64,000 nt of DNA from Lentimicrobiaceae bacterium (GTDB lineage: Bacteria > Bacteroidota > Bacteroidia > Bacteroidales > JAAYJT01). Within the stretch, counting starts at the first letter, position 1. Every line of letters starts with the position of its first letter. The DNA lies in the NCBI GenBank assembly GCA_037445555.1, contig JBBIKG010000007.1, positions 3,597 to 67,596 on the forward strand, read 5' to 3'. The translations under genes were made by a program, and so were the position numbers. The notes beneath the pieces were generated by a model, which made no database searches, was not told the origin of the DNA, and saw only the letters and a list, made by a program, of their open reading frames with translations. Shown in pieces: positions 10,024 to 18,222 of this stretch.

Positions 10024-11543
10024 TCTTCAAAAGGTGGTTTAAGTTTTACCCCGTCATATTTCACTTCCCGGCTATTACGGTATGTTATCACCAGCATCGG
10101 TGTACCGTCTTCTTCATATTTTACCCAATCTCCTTCTTTAATGCCGTTGACATAAAACTCTTCATCCCGTTTATTTCCGTTTTCCCAGTAGTAGGTGTGT
10201 TTTCCGTTGGGATTATCATCAATAAAACCACCTTCGAAACTCAATCGGCCATTCGCATAATAATGCTTCCATGTTCCGCTCTTCAACCCGGCCCGATAAT
10301 TGCCATCGATTTTGGTGTTATCAATACGGTAAACCCAAGGTCCTTCTTCCAAATCTTCAAAAAATTCTCCCTGAGAAATGATATCTCCATTATAATCAAA
10401 TTCGGTGGCCATTCCGTCCTTTAAACCATTGGTATAATATTCCTCAGCACGAAGGTTTCCGTTTTCAAAATACCACTCCCATTTTCCGATCAGTTTTCCT
10501 TCGTTGTTATACTCACCCTTTTGCTCCAAACTGCCACTTTCGTATTTAAACTGCCAAGCTCCAACTTTTCTGCCTCCGGCATACCTGCCCTCGGCACGCA
10601 AACTTCCGTTGGCAAAAAACTCTTTCCACATCCCTTCTTTGGTTCCGTCTTCGTTCAGAATTCCTTCAGAAAGCCTGATTCCCTGGACAAACACGCTAGC
10701 CGAAATAATTTTTCCCTCTTCGTCATATTCACGTCTGATTCCGTCCGGTAGGTTTTCACGAAAGGTAGTCAAACTTTTTACTTTTCCGTTTGGGTAATAT
10801 TCCGTAACAATAGTTAATTTGCTAATTTCTGGAACATCGACTATTTCAATATCTTCTGAATATTTCTTCAAGTCGGTAAGGTTTCCTTTCCGATCGTACG
10901 TTTTAAAATATCCATCTCTTTTTCCGGCTCTGTAGGTACCTTCTGACTGCAGTTTGCCATCCTCGTAGAAAAACTTCCACCTGCCCTGTCGTAACCCGTT
11001 CAGATCGGTTCGGTTGATACTTTCACGACTTACCACGTACCCCCTCCGGTATTCTGTTACTACGATGATGTTGCCGTTTTTGTCATACTCAAAACCATTA
11101 CCATTTTCAAGCTCATCCATAAAGGGAACTACCCTTTTAATCTTACCATCAGCGTAATAATAGGTAGTAAGACCTTCTTTTTTATCCATGACAAAGTTTT
11201 CGTTCACCGTTTCGTCTTCCCGGTAGGTGATACGAAGACCGTTTTTCTTTCCACCGTTATAATTGATTTCCATCATTTTCAGGCCATCCTCCCGGTAGAA
11301 CACCCATTTTCCTTCAAGTTGAAAATCAACTCTGTTGCCTTCCGATTTTAAAACCCCAGATTCAAAATATGTTTTCCAGTATCCGTCGGGTTTCCCCTGT
11401 CGCATCGTACCTTCGCTCGCAATGTTACCATTGGGATAATAAAATAAAGCATACCCCTCGGCCACCTGAAAATTTTGGCTGTTCACATACTTACACATTA
11501 TACACCATGCGGCCAGTGTCAGTATGGTAATTAATTTTTTCAT
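10020..11543 (-). CDS. Secreted MORN-repeat-variant (YwqK-like) repeat protein
   Basis: 507 aa. After a signal peptide (MKKLITILTLAAWCIMC) come about 20 tandem units of roughly 23 aa, of the form G-x-W-x-x-[FY]-[FY]-x-N-G-x-[LI]-x-x-E-G-x-Y-x-x-G-K-x-D-G. The stop overlaps the DUF554 start codon (ATGA). Confidence 0.85.
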   Translation of the reverse strand: MKKLITILTLAAWCIMCKYVNSQNFQVAEGYALFYYPNGNIASEGTMRQGKPDGYWKTYFESGVLKSEGNRVDFQLEGKWVFYREDGLKMMEINYNGGKKNGLRITYREDETVNENFVMDKKEGLTTYYYADGKIKRVVPFMDELENGNGFEYDKNGNIIVVTEYRRGYVVSRESINRTDLNGLRQGRWKFFYEDGKLQSEGTYRAGKRDGYFKTYDRKGNLTDLKKYSEDIEIVDVPEISKLTIVTEYYPNGKVKSLTTFRENLPDGIRREYDEEGKIISASVFVQGIRLSEGILNEDGTKEGMWKEFFANGSLRAEGRYAGGRKVGAWQFKYESGSLEQKGEYNNEGKLIGKWEWYFENGNLRAEEYYTNGLKDGMATEFDYNGDIISQGEFFEDLEEGPWVYRIDNTKIDGNYRAGLKSGTWKHYYANGRLSFEGGFIDDNPNGKHTYYWENGNKRDEEFYVNGIKEGDWVKYEEDGTPMLVITYRNSREVKYDGVKLKPPFEE

Positions 11544-11551
11544 GGTGCGTG

Positions 11552-11981
11552 TTGTTAATGCAATGTTATGAATAAATCGTTCAGGTGCATAAGGGGAAGT
11601 TTGAACGCACTATATTCAATTTATTTTTTAAAAGAATTATGTTGATGTAATTTAGCTTGTTAATTGTGTTGAATAAACGGGAACCGATTATTTGGAAAAT
11701 AGGTTATTAAGAAAAAATTAACAGCATTTTTAATAAACATATTTTTAAGTAACAGTTAAACAGTATTTTAAGAATTTAGATTGTTAATTAGTTTTAAGAG
11801 GGTTGTTCATAAAATATTTATAAATCGAACAGATGTTTTGTTAGTTGAGTTATTGATAAATACTCATAACCTCTTCTTTTTTCCTTGAAAGGATGATATC
11901 AGTGTTTTTGTTGTTGAAAAATTGTGTTTATCAAAAATTGATAACATATTTACTAACAGGATATGAAACATGTTTGTTAAT
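11552..11981 (+). repeat. Four same-orientation copies of TTGTTAAT dispersed in an AT-rich spacer
   Basis: Exact 8-mers are at 11552-11559, 11657-11664, 11781-11788 and 11974-11981. Near-copies TTGTTAGT (about 11838) and TTGTTGAA (about 11910) are also present. Confidence 0.6.
11928..11944. repeat. Inverted repeat TTATCAA-AAA-TTGATAA
   Basis: Perfect 7-bp arms separated by 3 nt. A further TTGATAA half-site lies at about 11854-11860. Confidence 0.6.
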
Positions 11982-12090
11982 AAGGATGCCTATTCGGTTG
12001 GTATAGAAAAAGAATTAGACCAGATACTGAATAAGACTATTACCGGGAACTCTAAAGGGGTTTGTGTGAGGTTTGATTGATTAGTTTGCT

Positions 12091-12098
12091 TACTTTTG
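12091..12098 (+). promoter_or_regulatory. -7 promoter box TAnnTTTG (TACTTTTG) upstream of rpiB
   Basis: Exact consensus match, 36 nt upstream of the ATG at 12134. Confidence 0.45.
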
Positions 12099-12133
12099 AG
12101 GATTATTAATGATTGATCCAAATAGGTTCTTCG

Positions 12134-12571
12134 ATGAGAATAGCCATAGGAAGCGACCACGCAGGTTTTTTTCTGAAGAAAATAATATTTGATGTGCTGA
12201 AGGAAAAGGAGATCGAAGTAATTGATTTTGGCACACAATCGACACAGAGTGCAGACTATCCTGACTTTGCTCACCCGGTGGCAAAAGCCATCAATGATAA
12301 GGTATTTGATTTTGGAATTCTGATTTGTGGAAGCGGTAACGGAGTGACTATTACGGCCAATAAATATTTGTTTGTGCGTTGTGCGCTTTGCTGGAATCCA
12401 GAAATTGCACGCCTTGCCCGGTTGCATAATGATGCCAACATACTTGCACTACCCGGGCGATTCATTGATATAGATCTTGCTCTCGAGATCGTTAAAACAT
12501 TTTTGAACACTGCATTTGAAGGTGGCCGGCACACAGCTCGTGTTGCCAAAATTTGTAAAATGATCGTATGA
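12134..12571 (+). CDS. rpiB: Ribose-5-phosphate isomerase B
   Basis: MRIAIGSDHAGFFLKK...ILICGSGNGVTITANK...ALPGRF is the RpiB/LacAB family pattern. I chose the ATG at 12134; the track start at 12113 adds 7 residues. Confidence 0.92.
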   Translation: MRIAIGSDHAGFFLKKIIFDVLKEKEIEVIDFGTQSTQSADYPDFAHPVAKAINDKVFDFGILICGSGNGVTITANKYLFVRCALCWNPEIARLARLHNDANILALPGRFIDIDLALEIVKTFLNTAFEGGRHTARVAKICKMIV

Positions 12572-13962
12572 GCCATATGAACACACCATATCATAACTTT
12601 ATCGAGGCATCGGAGAAAGCTGCGTTCGACCGTGAGCATCGGCGGAAGATTGATTACAATATTTCGAAATACGATCAGGCAGTAGTTCAGGGAAAACGCC
12701 AGTTCAGCAATCTTGAAATGGCACGCAAAAAAGCCGCGGTAATTAAATCAAAGGTCATAAGCAATCTTGAAAAATCCCTGATAGAGTTCGAAAAGAATTT
12801 TGACGAAAAAGGAGGCAAGGTAATTTGGGCGCTTGATGCACAATCGGCCGTGAAGGCTATTTATGAAATTGCAAAAACCTCGGGTTCAAAGCTTGTAGTC
12901 AAGAGCAAAAGCATGACCACCGAGGAGGTCGAGATAAATAAGCACCTTGAGAAAAAAGACATTGAAGTTTTAGAGACAGACCTCGGGGAGTTCATAGTGC
13001 AGCAGCGAAAAGAACCACCCTATCACATTGTTACTCCTGCCATGCATCTTTCAAAAGAAGATGTATCTGAGTTGTTTCATCTTAAATATAATCTTGACGC
13101 GTCAAGCACCCCCGAACAGGTAACCGCCTTTGTTAGAAACCTTATCCGTGAAAAATTTGAAAAATCGGATATAGCCATTACGGGAGCCAATTTTCTAATT
13201 GCCGATACGGGCTCCGTCGCCATAACTGAGAATGAAGGAAATGCGATGATGGCAATCTCATTTGCACGGATACACATCGTCATCGCCGGTATTGAAAAAA
13301 TCATCCCTTCATTATCGCAGCTAGATCTATTCTGGCCGTTGCTTGCCACACACGGAACAGGCCAGCTGATAAGCGTCTATAATTCAATTGTGAGCGGTCC
13401 TAAAACAGACGCTGAACCTGATGGTCCAGAAAAGATGTTTGTGATATTGCTCGATAACGGACGCACAAATTTATTGGCCCAGAAGCAGCAGCGAAAAGCG
13501 TTGTGGTGCATACGATGCGGTGCCTGCCTGAATGCTTGCCCCGTGTATCGGTACATTGGCGGGCACGCCTATGGAACAACCTACAGCGGACCCATTGGAG
13601 CGGTCATCACTCCTTGGCTCAAAGGAATGGATGAATATAAGCACCTGAGTTTTGCCTCAACGCTTTGCGGCAAATGTACCGATGTATGTCCTGTCAAGAT
13701 AAATCTGCATGAGCAACTGGTTTATAACCGGCAGGAAGCTGTGAAGCAAAAATACTATACCCGGGGGGAAGCTGTAAGCATGTGGACATTCAAGACCATC
13801 ATGAGCAGTGTAAACCCGGATGCCATTGGAGCACGTACCAAAAACCGGCTGCTTACTCACTTTTTTGCAAAACCCTGGGGAAACAGGCGGGCATTACCTA
13901 TTGTTAAGCAACAATCATTCAGGCAGTTGTATAATAAACACCTGAATAATAAGAGCGACTAA
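12568..13962 (+). CDS. LutB-like LUD-domain iron-sulfur protein (lactate utilisation protein B family)
   Basis: 464 aa. An N-terminal LUD/DUF162-like region (KSKSMTTEEVEINKHLE...ITGANFLIADTGS) is followed by two 4Fe-4S ferredoxin motifs, CIRCGACLNACP and CGKCTDVCP. The start overlaps the rpiB stop (ATGA). Confidence 0.8.
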   Translation: MSHMNTPYHNFIEASEKAAFDREHRRKIDYNISKYDQAVVQGKRQFSNLEMARKKAAVIKSKVISNLEKSLIEFEKNFDEKGGKVIWALDAQSAVKAIYEIAKTSGSKLVVKSKSMTTEEVEINKHLEKKDIEVLETDLGEFIVQQRKEPPYHIVTPAMHLSKEDVSELFHLKYNLDASSTPEQVTAFVRNLIREKFEKSDIAITGANFLIADTGSVAITENEGNAMMAISFARIHIVIAGIEKIIPSLSQLDLFWPLLATHGTGQLISVYNSIVSGPKTDAEPDGPEKMFVILLDNGRTNLLAQKQQRKALWCIRCGACLNACPVYRYIGGHAYGTTYSGPIGAVITPWLKGMDEYKHLSFASTLCGKCTDVCPVKINLHEQLVYNRQEAVKQKYYTRGEAVSMWTFKTIMSSVNPDAIGARTKNRLLTHFFAKPWGNRRALPIVKQQSFRQLYNKHLNNKSD

Positions 13963-13973
13963 CCCACGTACTC

Positions 13974-14465
13974 TTAGTGAATAACCGTACGGCTCAGAAT
14001 GGCGATCAGCAAATCCCTGACTGTATGCGGACCCAGATTATTGAGAAAATCAGAGATTTTATTTTTGCGGTCGGCTAGATCATCTGTTTGTTTGAGGATG
14101 GCAGCAAACTCACGATATTGTGAAACCCGCAGCACTTCTTCAATCGATTGCTGAACTACTGAAGGCTCCGCTGCCGGTGACAATTGAGGCGAAGGAAACA
14201 ATCGCAGCTCCTCGATAGCTGTTTTCAATATTTCGGCCCCCTTTTTTCGGGCTGTAAGCATAGGCGACAGGCCGGATGTATCACGCAGCGTCCAGCTGCT
14301 GTAGTCAATCGATATTAGTTTAAGCTGTTCAGTTTTTGTAGAGTTTTTACCAAAAATCCGGTCCAAAATCATCTGGGTTGTGCTTTTCCAGCTGGCAAAG
14401 TCAAAAGCCGGCTCATCGAGCTTTCTCAGTTGCTTCTCGAGCAGTTCTATTTCTTTGTCATTCAT
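13974..14465 (-). CDS. Hypothetical protein
   Basis: 163-aa ORF, predicted soluble and helical, with no motif I recognise. It fills the gap between lutB-like and dnaG on the opposite strand. Confidence 0.55.
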   Translation of the reverse strand: MNDKEIELLEKQLRKLDEPAFDFASWKSTTQMILDRIFGKNSTKTEQLKLISIDYSSWTLRDTSGLSPMLTARKKGAEILKTAIEELRLFPSPQLSPAAEPSVVQQSIEEVLRVSQYREFAAILKQTDDLADRKNKISDFLNNLGPHTVRDLLIAILSRTVIH

Positions 14466-14626
14466 GGCTTATTATCGTTGTTGATGCATTAAACAGATAC
14501 AATTTTGTAAAGTTACAACATGCTGATCAAAATCGGGCGGCACCTTTTTTGCCTGTTAATGACTATTGTCAGTAAATCAGGTCGTTCACTATCAGAAAAG
14601 AATTTTAACCCGATCAACAAATAGTG

Positions 14627-14634
14627 TAACTTTG
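14627..14634 (+). promoter_or_regulatory. -7 promoter box TAnnTTTG (TAACTTTG) upstream of dnaG
   Basis: Exact consensus match, 28 nt upstream of the TTG start at 14662. Confidence 0.45.
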
Positions 14635-14661
14635 AAAATCACATACTGAAAACAAAAGTCA

Positions 14662-16617
14662 TTGATTTCTAAAGATGTAATACAATCAGTTATTGAATTA
14701 GCCCGCATCGAAGATGTTATATCCGATTTTATATCGTTGCGGAAACGAGGCATAAACTATATCGGACTCTGCCCTTTTCACAACGAAAAAACCCCTTCTT
14801 TCAATGTGTCGCCGACAAAGGGTATTTATAAATGCTTTGGCTGCGGGAAGGCAGGCAACGTGATTGGTTTTGTCATGGAACACGAAAAGTTTACCTATCC
14901 TGAGGCCATACGCTATCTGGCTGGCAAATACCATATTGACATTATCGAAGAGGAGACTACTGCCGATCAAATTGCCGACAACAACGAAAAAGAGAGCCTC
15001 TACAACATTCACACCTTTGCCCAAAAATTTTTCAGCACTTACCTTTTCGAAAGCCAGGAGGGGAAATCCATCGGTCTGACATATTTTAACGAAAGAGAGT
15101 TTTCGCTTGATGTCATAAAGAAATTTCAGCTTGGCCATTGTTCGTCTGCATGGAACGATTTTACTGCGTATGCACTGAAAAACGGATACAGTGTACAGGC
15201 GCTTGTAAAGAGCGGGCTGACCATTGAAAAAGATCATGAATACTACGATCGTTTCAGGGGGCGGGTAATATTTCCAATACATAATCTTTCGGGAAAGGTT
15301 ATCGGTTTCGGAGGAAGAATACTGAAACACGATCCCTCAAAACCCAAGTATGTCAACTCGCCCGAATCGGAAATCTATAATAAGAGCCGGATCCTTTACG
15401 GGATATACCAGGCACGAAATTCGATTGTATCGCTAAACGAGTGTCTGCTTGTGGAGGGATATACCGATGTTATTTCTCTGCACCAGGCCGGAATAACCAA
15501 TGTGGTGGCCTCATCCGGAACCTCGCTTACTGCAGACCAGGTTAAATTACTGCGCCGGTTCACCAAAAACATTGTAATTCTTTTCGACGGCGACGAGGCC
15601 GGACTTAGGGCGTCATTTCGCGGAATCGACATAATCCTTGAACAGGGCTTGAACATAAAAATCGTCGTTTTCCCTGCAGGCGAAGACCCCGATTCGTTTG
15701 CGCGAAAGCAACGACCCGAGGAACTTAAAGACTTCATTGTCCGGAATGCACGCAGTTTCATCACGGTCAAGGCTCAATTGCTTGTGGATGAGGTGAAAAA
15801 TGATCCCATTAAAAAAGCAGGTCTGATTCACGAGGTGCTTAGTTCCGTGGCGATTATTCCTGATGGAATCATCCGAAGCAATTATCTGAAAGACTGTTCG
15901 AATTTGCTAAGCATTGAAGAAGAGGTCTTGCTGTTTGAACTGAATAAGCTTCTGCGTGCCAGGCACAAAGGAGCATACAGGCCGGCTGATATCAGCGAAC
16001 CGGAACCTGCGCCCCCTTCCGCTACTCAAATTCCTACCAGAAAGATTGAAAGTATGTTTGTGTCCGATACCCAGGAGAAAGCAATCATTCGCCTGCTGTT
16101 TCTCTATGGCTCACATGATATCTACTTTGACCAGCCCGATGAGTATCAGAAAATGCGGAAAGTGGCCTGCAATGTGGCCGGTTTCATTGTGAACGACATA
16201 ATATCCGACGAGATAAAATTTGATAACCCCCTGTACCAGAGTTTTTTTGACGAATTTGCTTTGATGTGGGCCAAACAAGAAGTCCCCGATATTTACCATT
16301 TTACATCTCACAGCGATCCCGCCATCAGACGGGCCTCCATGGAATTCACAGATCTGGAATACGAGCTGAGTAACAACTGGAAGAAAAATCGCATATATGT
16401 CAATGGCGAAGAAAAGAGGCTTAAAGAGGCGGTTACAAGCTCACTTTTAAGCCTTAAGGCAAAAAAACTAAGCCAGATGATCAAACAGCGCCAGGCCACC
16501 ATAAAAGAAATGAAGGATGACAGCGCACTGATAGCCCTTTTAAAAGATATAAAACAGCTTAAAGAACGACTGGTGGAGATTAACAAACAGCTAGGCCGTA
16601 TCATAACACCCGGTTAA
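14662..16617 (+). CDS. dnaG: DNA primase
   Basis: CHC2 zinc finger CPFHNEKTPSFNVSPTKGIYKCFGCGKAGN and a TOPRIM region (LVEGYTDVISLHQAG...ILFDGDEAG). 651 aa with a TTG start. Confidence 0.93.
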   Translation: MISKDVIQSVIELARIEDVISDFISLRKRGINYIGLCPFHNEKTPSFNVSPTKGIYKCFGCGKAGNVIGFVMEHEKFTYPEAIRYLAGKYHIDIIEEETTADQIADNNEKESLYNIHTFAQKFFSTYLFESQEGKSIGLTYFNEREFSLDVIKKFQLGHCSSAWNDFTAYALKNGYSVQALVKSGLTIEKDHEYYDRFRGRVIFPIHNLSGKVIGFGGRILKHDPSKPKYVNSPESEIYNKSRILYGIYQARNSIVSLNECLLVEGYTDVISLHQAGITNVVASSGTSLTADQVKLLRRFTKNIVILFDGDEAGLRASFRGIDIILEQGLNIKIVVFPAGEDPDSFARKQRPEELKDFIVRNARSFITVKAQLLVDEVKNDPIKKAGLIHEVLSSVAIIPDGIIRSNYLKDCSNLLSIEEEVLLFELNKLLRARHKGAYRPADISEPEPAPPSATQIPTRKIESMFVSDTQEKAIIRLLFLYGSHDIYFDQPDEYQKMRKVACNVAGFIVNDIISDEIKFDNPLYQSFFDEFALMWAKQEVPDIYHFTSHSDPAIRRASMEFTDLEYELSNNWKKNRIYVNGEEKRLKEAVTSSLLSLKAKKLSQMIKQRQATIKEMKDDSALIALLKDIKQLKERLVEINKQLGRIITPG

Positions 16618-16649
16618 GTTCCTTCAATTTTGGAATAAAACCTTTTGGC

Positions 16650-16895
16650 ATGACAATTGTTAAGCTATTACACAAAAATATTATTACAGTGAAAAGAAAT
16701 ATCGGAAAAACAGACAAAATCGTACGCATTCTGTTGGCAATCCTAGCCGCCATACTGATTATAACAAAAACATTTTCAGGAACCTGGGCTATTGTGGCCG
16801 GAGTAATCGGTGCAGCGCTTTTAGTCACCGCAATTACTGGTTTTTGCGGCCTATATGCGTTGATCGGTTGCAATACCTGTAAAATCAGGCAGTAA
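16650..16895 (+). CDS. DUF2892 (YgaP-like) small membrane protein
   Basis: 81 aa. It has RNIGKTDKIVRILLAILA, two TM helices, and the C-terminal ITGFCGLYALIGCNTC motif characteristic of DUF2892. Confidence 0.8.
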   Translation: MTIVKLLHKNIITVKRNIGKTDKIVRILLAILAAILIITKTFSGTWAIVAGVIGAALLVTAITGFCGLYALIGCNTCKIRQ

Positions 16896-16974
16896 TAAAC
16901 CAACACCTTGTGTTGCTTTATTAAAAAAAATGTTAATAATTTTGGATTTACATCTAAAGGACATCGATATTAAG

Positions 16975-16982
16975 TAATTTTG
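16975..16982 (+). promoter_or_regulatory. -7 promoter box TAnnTTTG (TAATTTTG)
   Basis: Exact consensus match, 35 nt upstream of the ATG at 17017. Confidence 0.45.
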
Positions 16983-17016
16983 CACTCATAAAAGATTAAC
17001 CAAAAACATCAGCGCT

Positions 17017-17493
17017 ATGAAAAGGATTTCTTTATTCCTGGCATGGGCTTTGATTTTTACTCTTGCTTCGACATTCGTTGTTCATGCACAAAACACCAAC
17101 CCTGCCAACAAGGTAAATGGCCCGCAGATCTCATTCGATAAGGAAACGCACGACTATGGCACCATATATGTCAATGGCGACGGTAATTGTGTATTTACCT
17201 TTACCAATATCGGCACCGAGCCGCTGATACTTTCCAGTGTGAGGGCGGGCTGCGGGTGCACCGTTCCCGAATGGCCCAAGGATCCGGTATTGCCAGGGAA
17301 ATCGGCAATAATTAAGGTTGCCTACACCACCCTAAGCACCCCGCATGACATCAACAAAAGCATTGTGGTTACCTCCAACTCAGTCGAAAAATCAACCATT
17401 GTGCTGCGTATTGTCGGGAAAGTCGTAAGCCCGCCGAGCCAGACCACACCCGAAAAAACCCTGGATAAGACAGGGTCGCCTTCGGCCAGGTAA
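17017..17493 (+). CDS. DUF1573 domain-containing secreted protein
   Basis: Signal peptide followed by FDKETHDYGTI...FTFTNIGTEPLILSSVRAGCGCTVPEWPK...PGKSAIIKV, the DUF1573 signature including GCGCT. Confidence 0.85.
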   Translation: MKRISLFLAWALIFTLASTFVVHAQNTNPANKVNGPQISFDKETHDYGTIYVNGDGNCVFTFTNIGTEPLILSSVRAGCGCTVPEWPKDPVLPGKSAIIKVAYTTLSTPHDINKSIVVTSNSVEKSTIVLRIVGKVVSPPSQTTPEKTLDKTGSPSAR

Positions 17494-17494
17494 A

Positions 17495-17528
17495 AGAAAA
17501 AACCGCCTCTGTAAAGGCGGTTTTTTTT
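17495..17528. terminator. Bidirectional rho-independent terminator shared by the DUF1573 gene (+) and tRNA-Cys (-)
   Basis: The stem ACCGCCT (17502-17508) pairs with AGGCGGT (17515-17521) around a 6-nt loop. It is flanked by an A-run on the left and T8 on the right. Confidence 0.8.
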
Positions 17529-17529
17529 G

Positions 17530-17600
17530 AGGTCTCGAGCGGATTCGAACCGCTGTACGAGGTTTTGCAGACCTCTGCCTAGCCCCTCGGCCACGAGACC
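17530..17600 (-). tRNA. tRNA-Cys (anticodon GCA)
   Basis: The reverse complement reads GGTCTCG-TG-GCCG-AGGGGCTA-GGCA-GAGGT-CTGCAAA-ACCTC-GTAC-AGCGG-TTCGAAT-CCGCT-CGAGACC-T. This gives a 7-bp acceptor stem, a GTTCGAAT T-loop and an anticodon loop CU-GCA-AA. 71 nt, with no encoded CCA. Confidence 0.92.
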
Positions 17601-17610
17601 CTTGCAGGCG

Positions 17611-17618
17611 CAAAGATA
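17611..17618 (-). promoter_or_regulatory. -7 promoter box TAnnTTTG (TATCTTTG on the - strand) for tRNA-Cys
   Basis: The reverse complement of CAAAGATA matches the consensus, 10 nt upstream of the mature tRNA 5' end. Confidence 0.5.
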
Positions 17619-17761
17619 TAAAGAAATTCATAATGCCACTAATGCCCGGCCGGGGTATTTCTGTTGCTAATGAGCCAGCACCGATTTGGCTGAAACAAAT
17701 CAAGCCTGCCTTCCGGTCAGGGTGGTATTCAACAACGTTATAATCCCCATGAGCTCGTGTA

Positions 17762-18139
17762 TTAGTCGCTGTTTCGATCCAGCAAATCGTCAGTTGTAAG
17801 CACCACACTGACTTTATTGATCTTACCTCCAAGTGGTGGATTAAGTTTCGATATCTTGACTTCGGCGTACACTATACCCTCAAACTGCGATAGCAAGGCG
17901 CGCAGAATCCGCTGGGCGACATGTTCAAGCAGGTGCGATTTTATTGCCATTTCGGTCTTTACCAGCAAATAAACACTTTGATAGTTAATGGTATCGTTCA
18001 GGTGATCGCTTTCCTGAGCTATCGAAGTGTCGGCCTCCAGAGTGCAATCCACAATGAACCTGGTTCCTATCACGCGTTCTTCGGCAAAACATCCATGATA
18101 GGCAAAGAATTCCATGCCCTCAATCATTATCAACGCCAT
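17762..18139 (-). CDS. folB: Dihydroneopterin aldolase
   Basis: 125 aa. IEGMEFFAYHGCFAEERVIGTRFIVD...NYQSVY...LLEHVAQRI...KISKLNPPLGG matches the FolB family. Confidence 0.9.
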   Translation of the reverse strand: MALIMIEGMEFFAYHGCFAEERVIGTRFIVDCTLEADTSIAQESDHLNDTINYQSVYLLVKTEMAIKSHLLEHVAQRILRALLSQFEGIVYAEVKISKLNPPLGGKINKVSVVLTTDDLLDRNSD

Positions 18140-18146
18140 AGTTTAA

Positions 18147-18154
18147 TATTTTTG
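18147..18154 (+). promoter_or_regulatory. -7 promoter box TAnnTTTG (TATTTTTG) for the symporter gene
   Basis: Exact consensus match in the folB/symporter divergent spacer, 68 nt upstream of the ATG at 18223. Confidence 0.35.
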
Positions 18155-18162
18155 AACAGGAA

Positions 18163-18170
18163 CAAAAGTA
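18163..18170 (-). promoter_or_regulatory. -7 promoter box TAnnTTTG (TACTTTTG on the - strand) for folB
   Basis: The reverse complement of CAAAAGTA matches the consensus, 23 nt upstream of the folB ATG (18139). Confidence 0.45.
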
Positions 18171-18222
18171 GCTAAATAGCTCAAGATCTGAGTTCTTAAA
18201 AACAGCATAACCACGCCGATCA

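Noticed and set aside
11544-12133. Possible chromosomal replication origin in the AT-rich spacer
   Set aside because: I found no good DnaA boxes. The best candidates differ from TTATCCACA/TGTGGATAA at 3 positions, and dnaA/dnaN are not nearby. The region is kept as a finding for its repeats, not as oriC.
14698-15330. 210-aa minus-strand ORF inside dnaG
   Set aside because: It is antisense to conserved primase sequence. Its composition (Phe/Lys/Arg-rich, no motifs) is typical of a shadow ORF.
16601-16906. 101-aa minus-strand ORF overlapping the DUF2892 gene
   Set aside because: The + strand frame contains the diagnostic DUF2892 C-terminal motif (GFCGLYALIGCNTC), so the minus ORF is its shadow.
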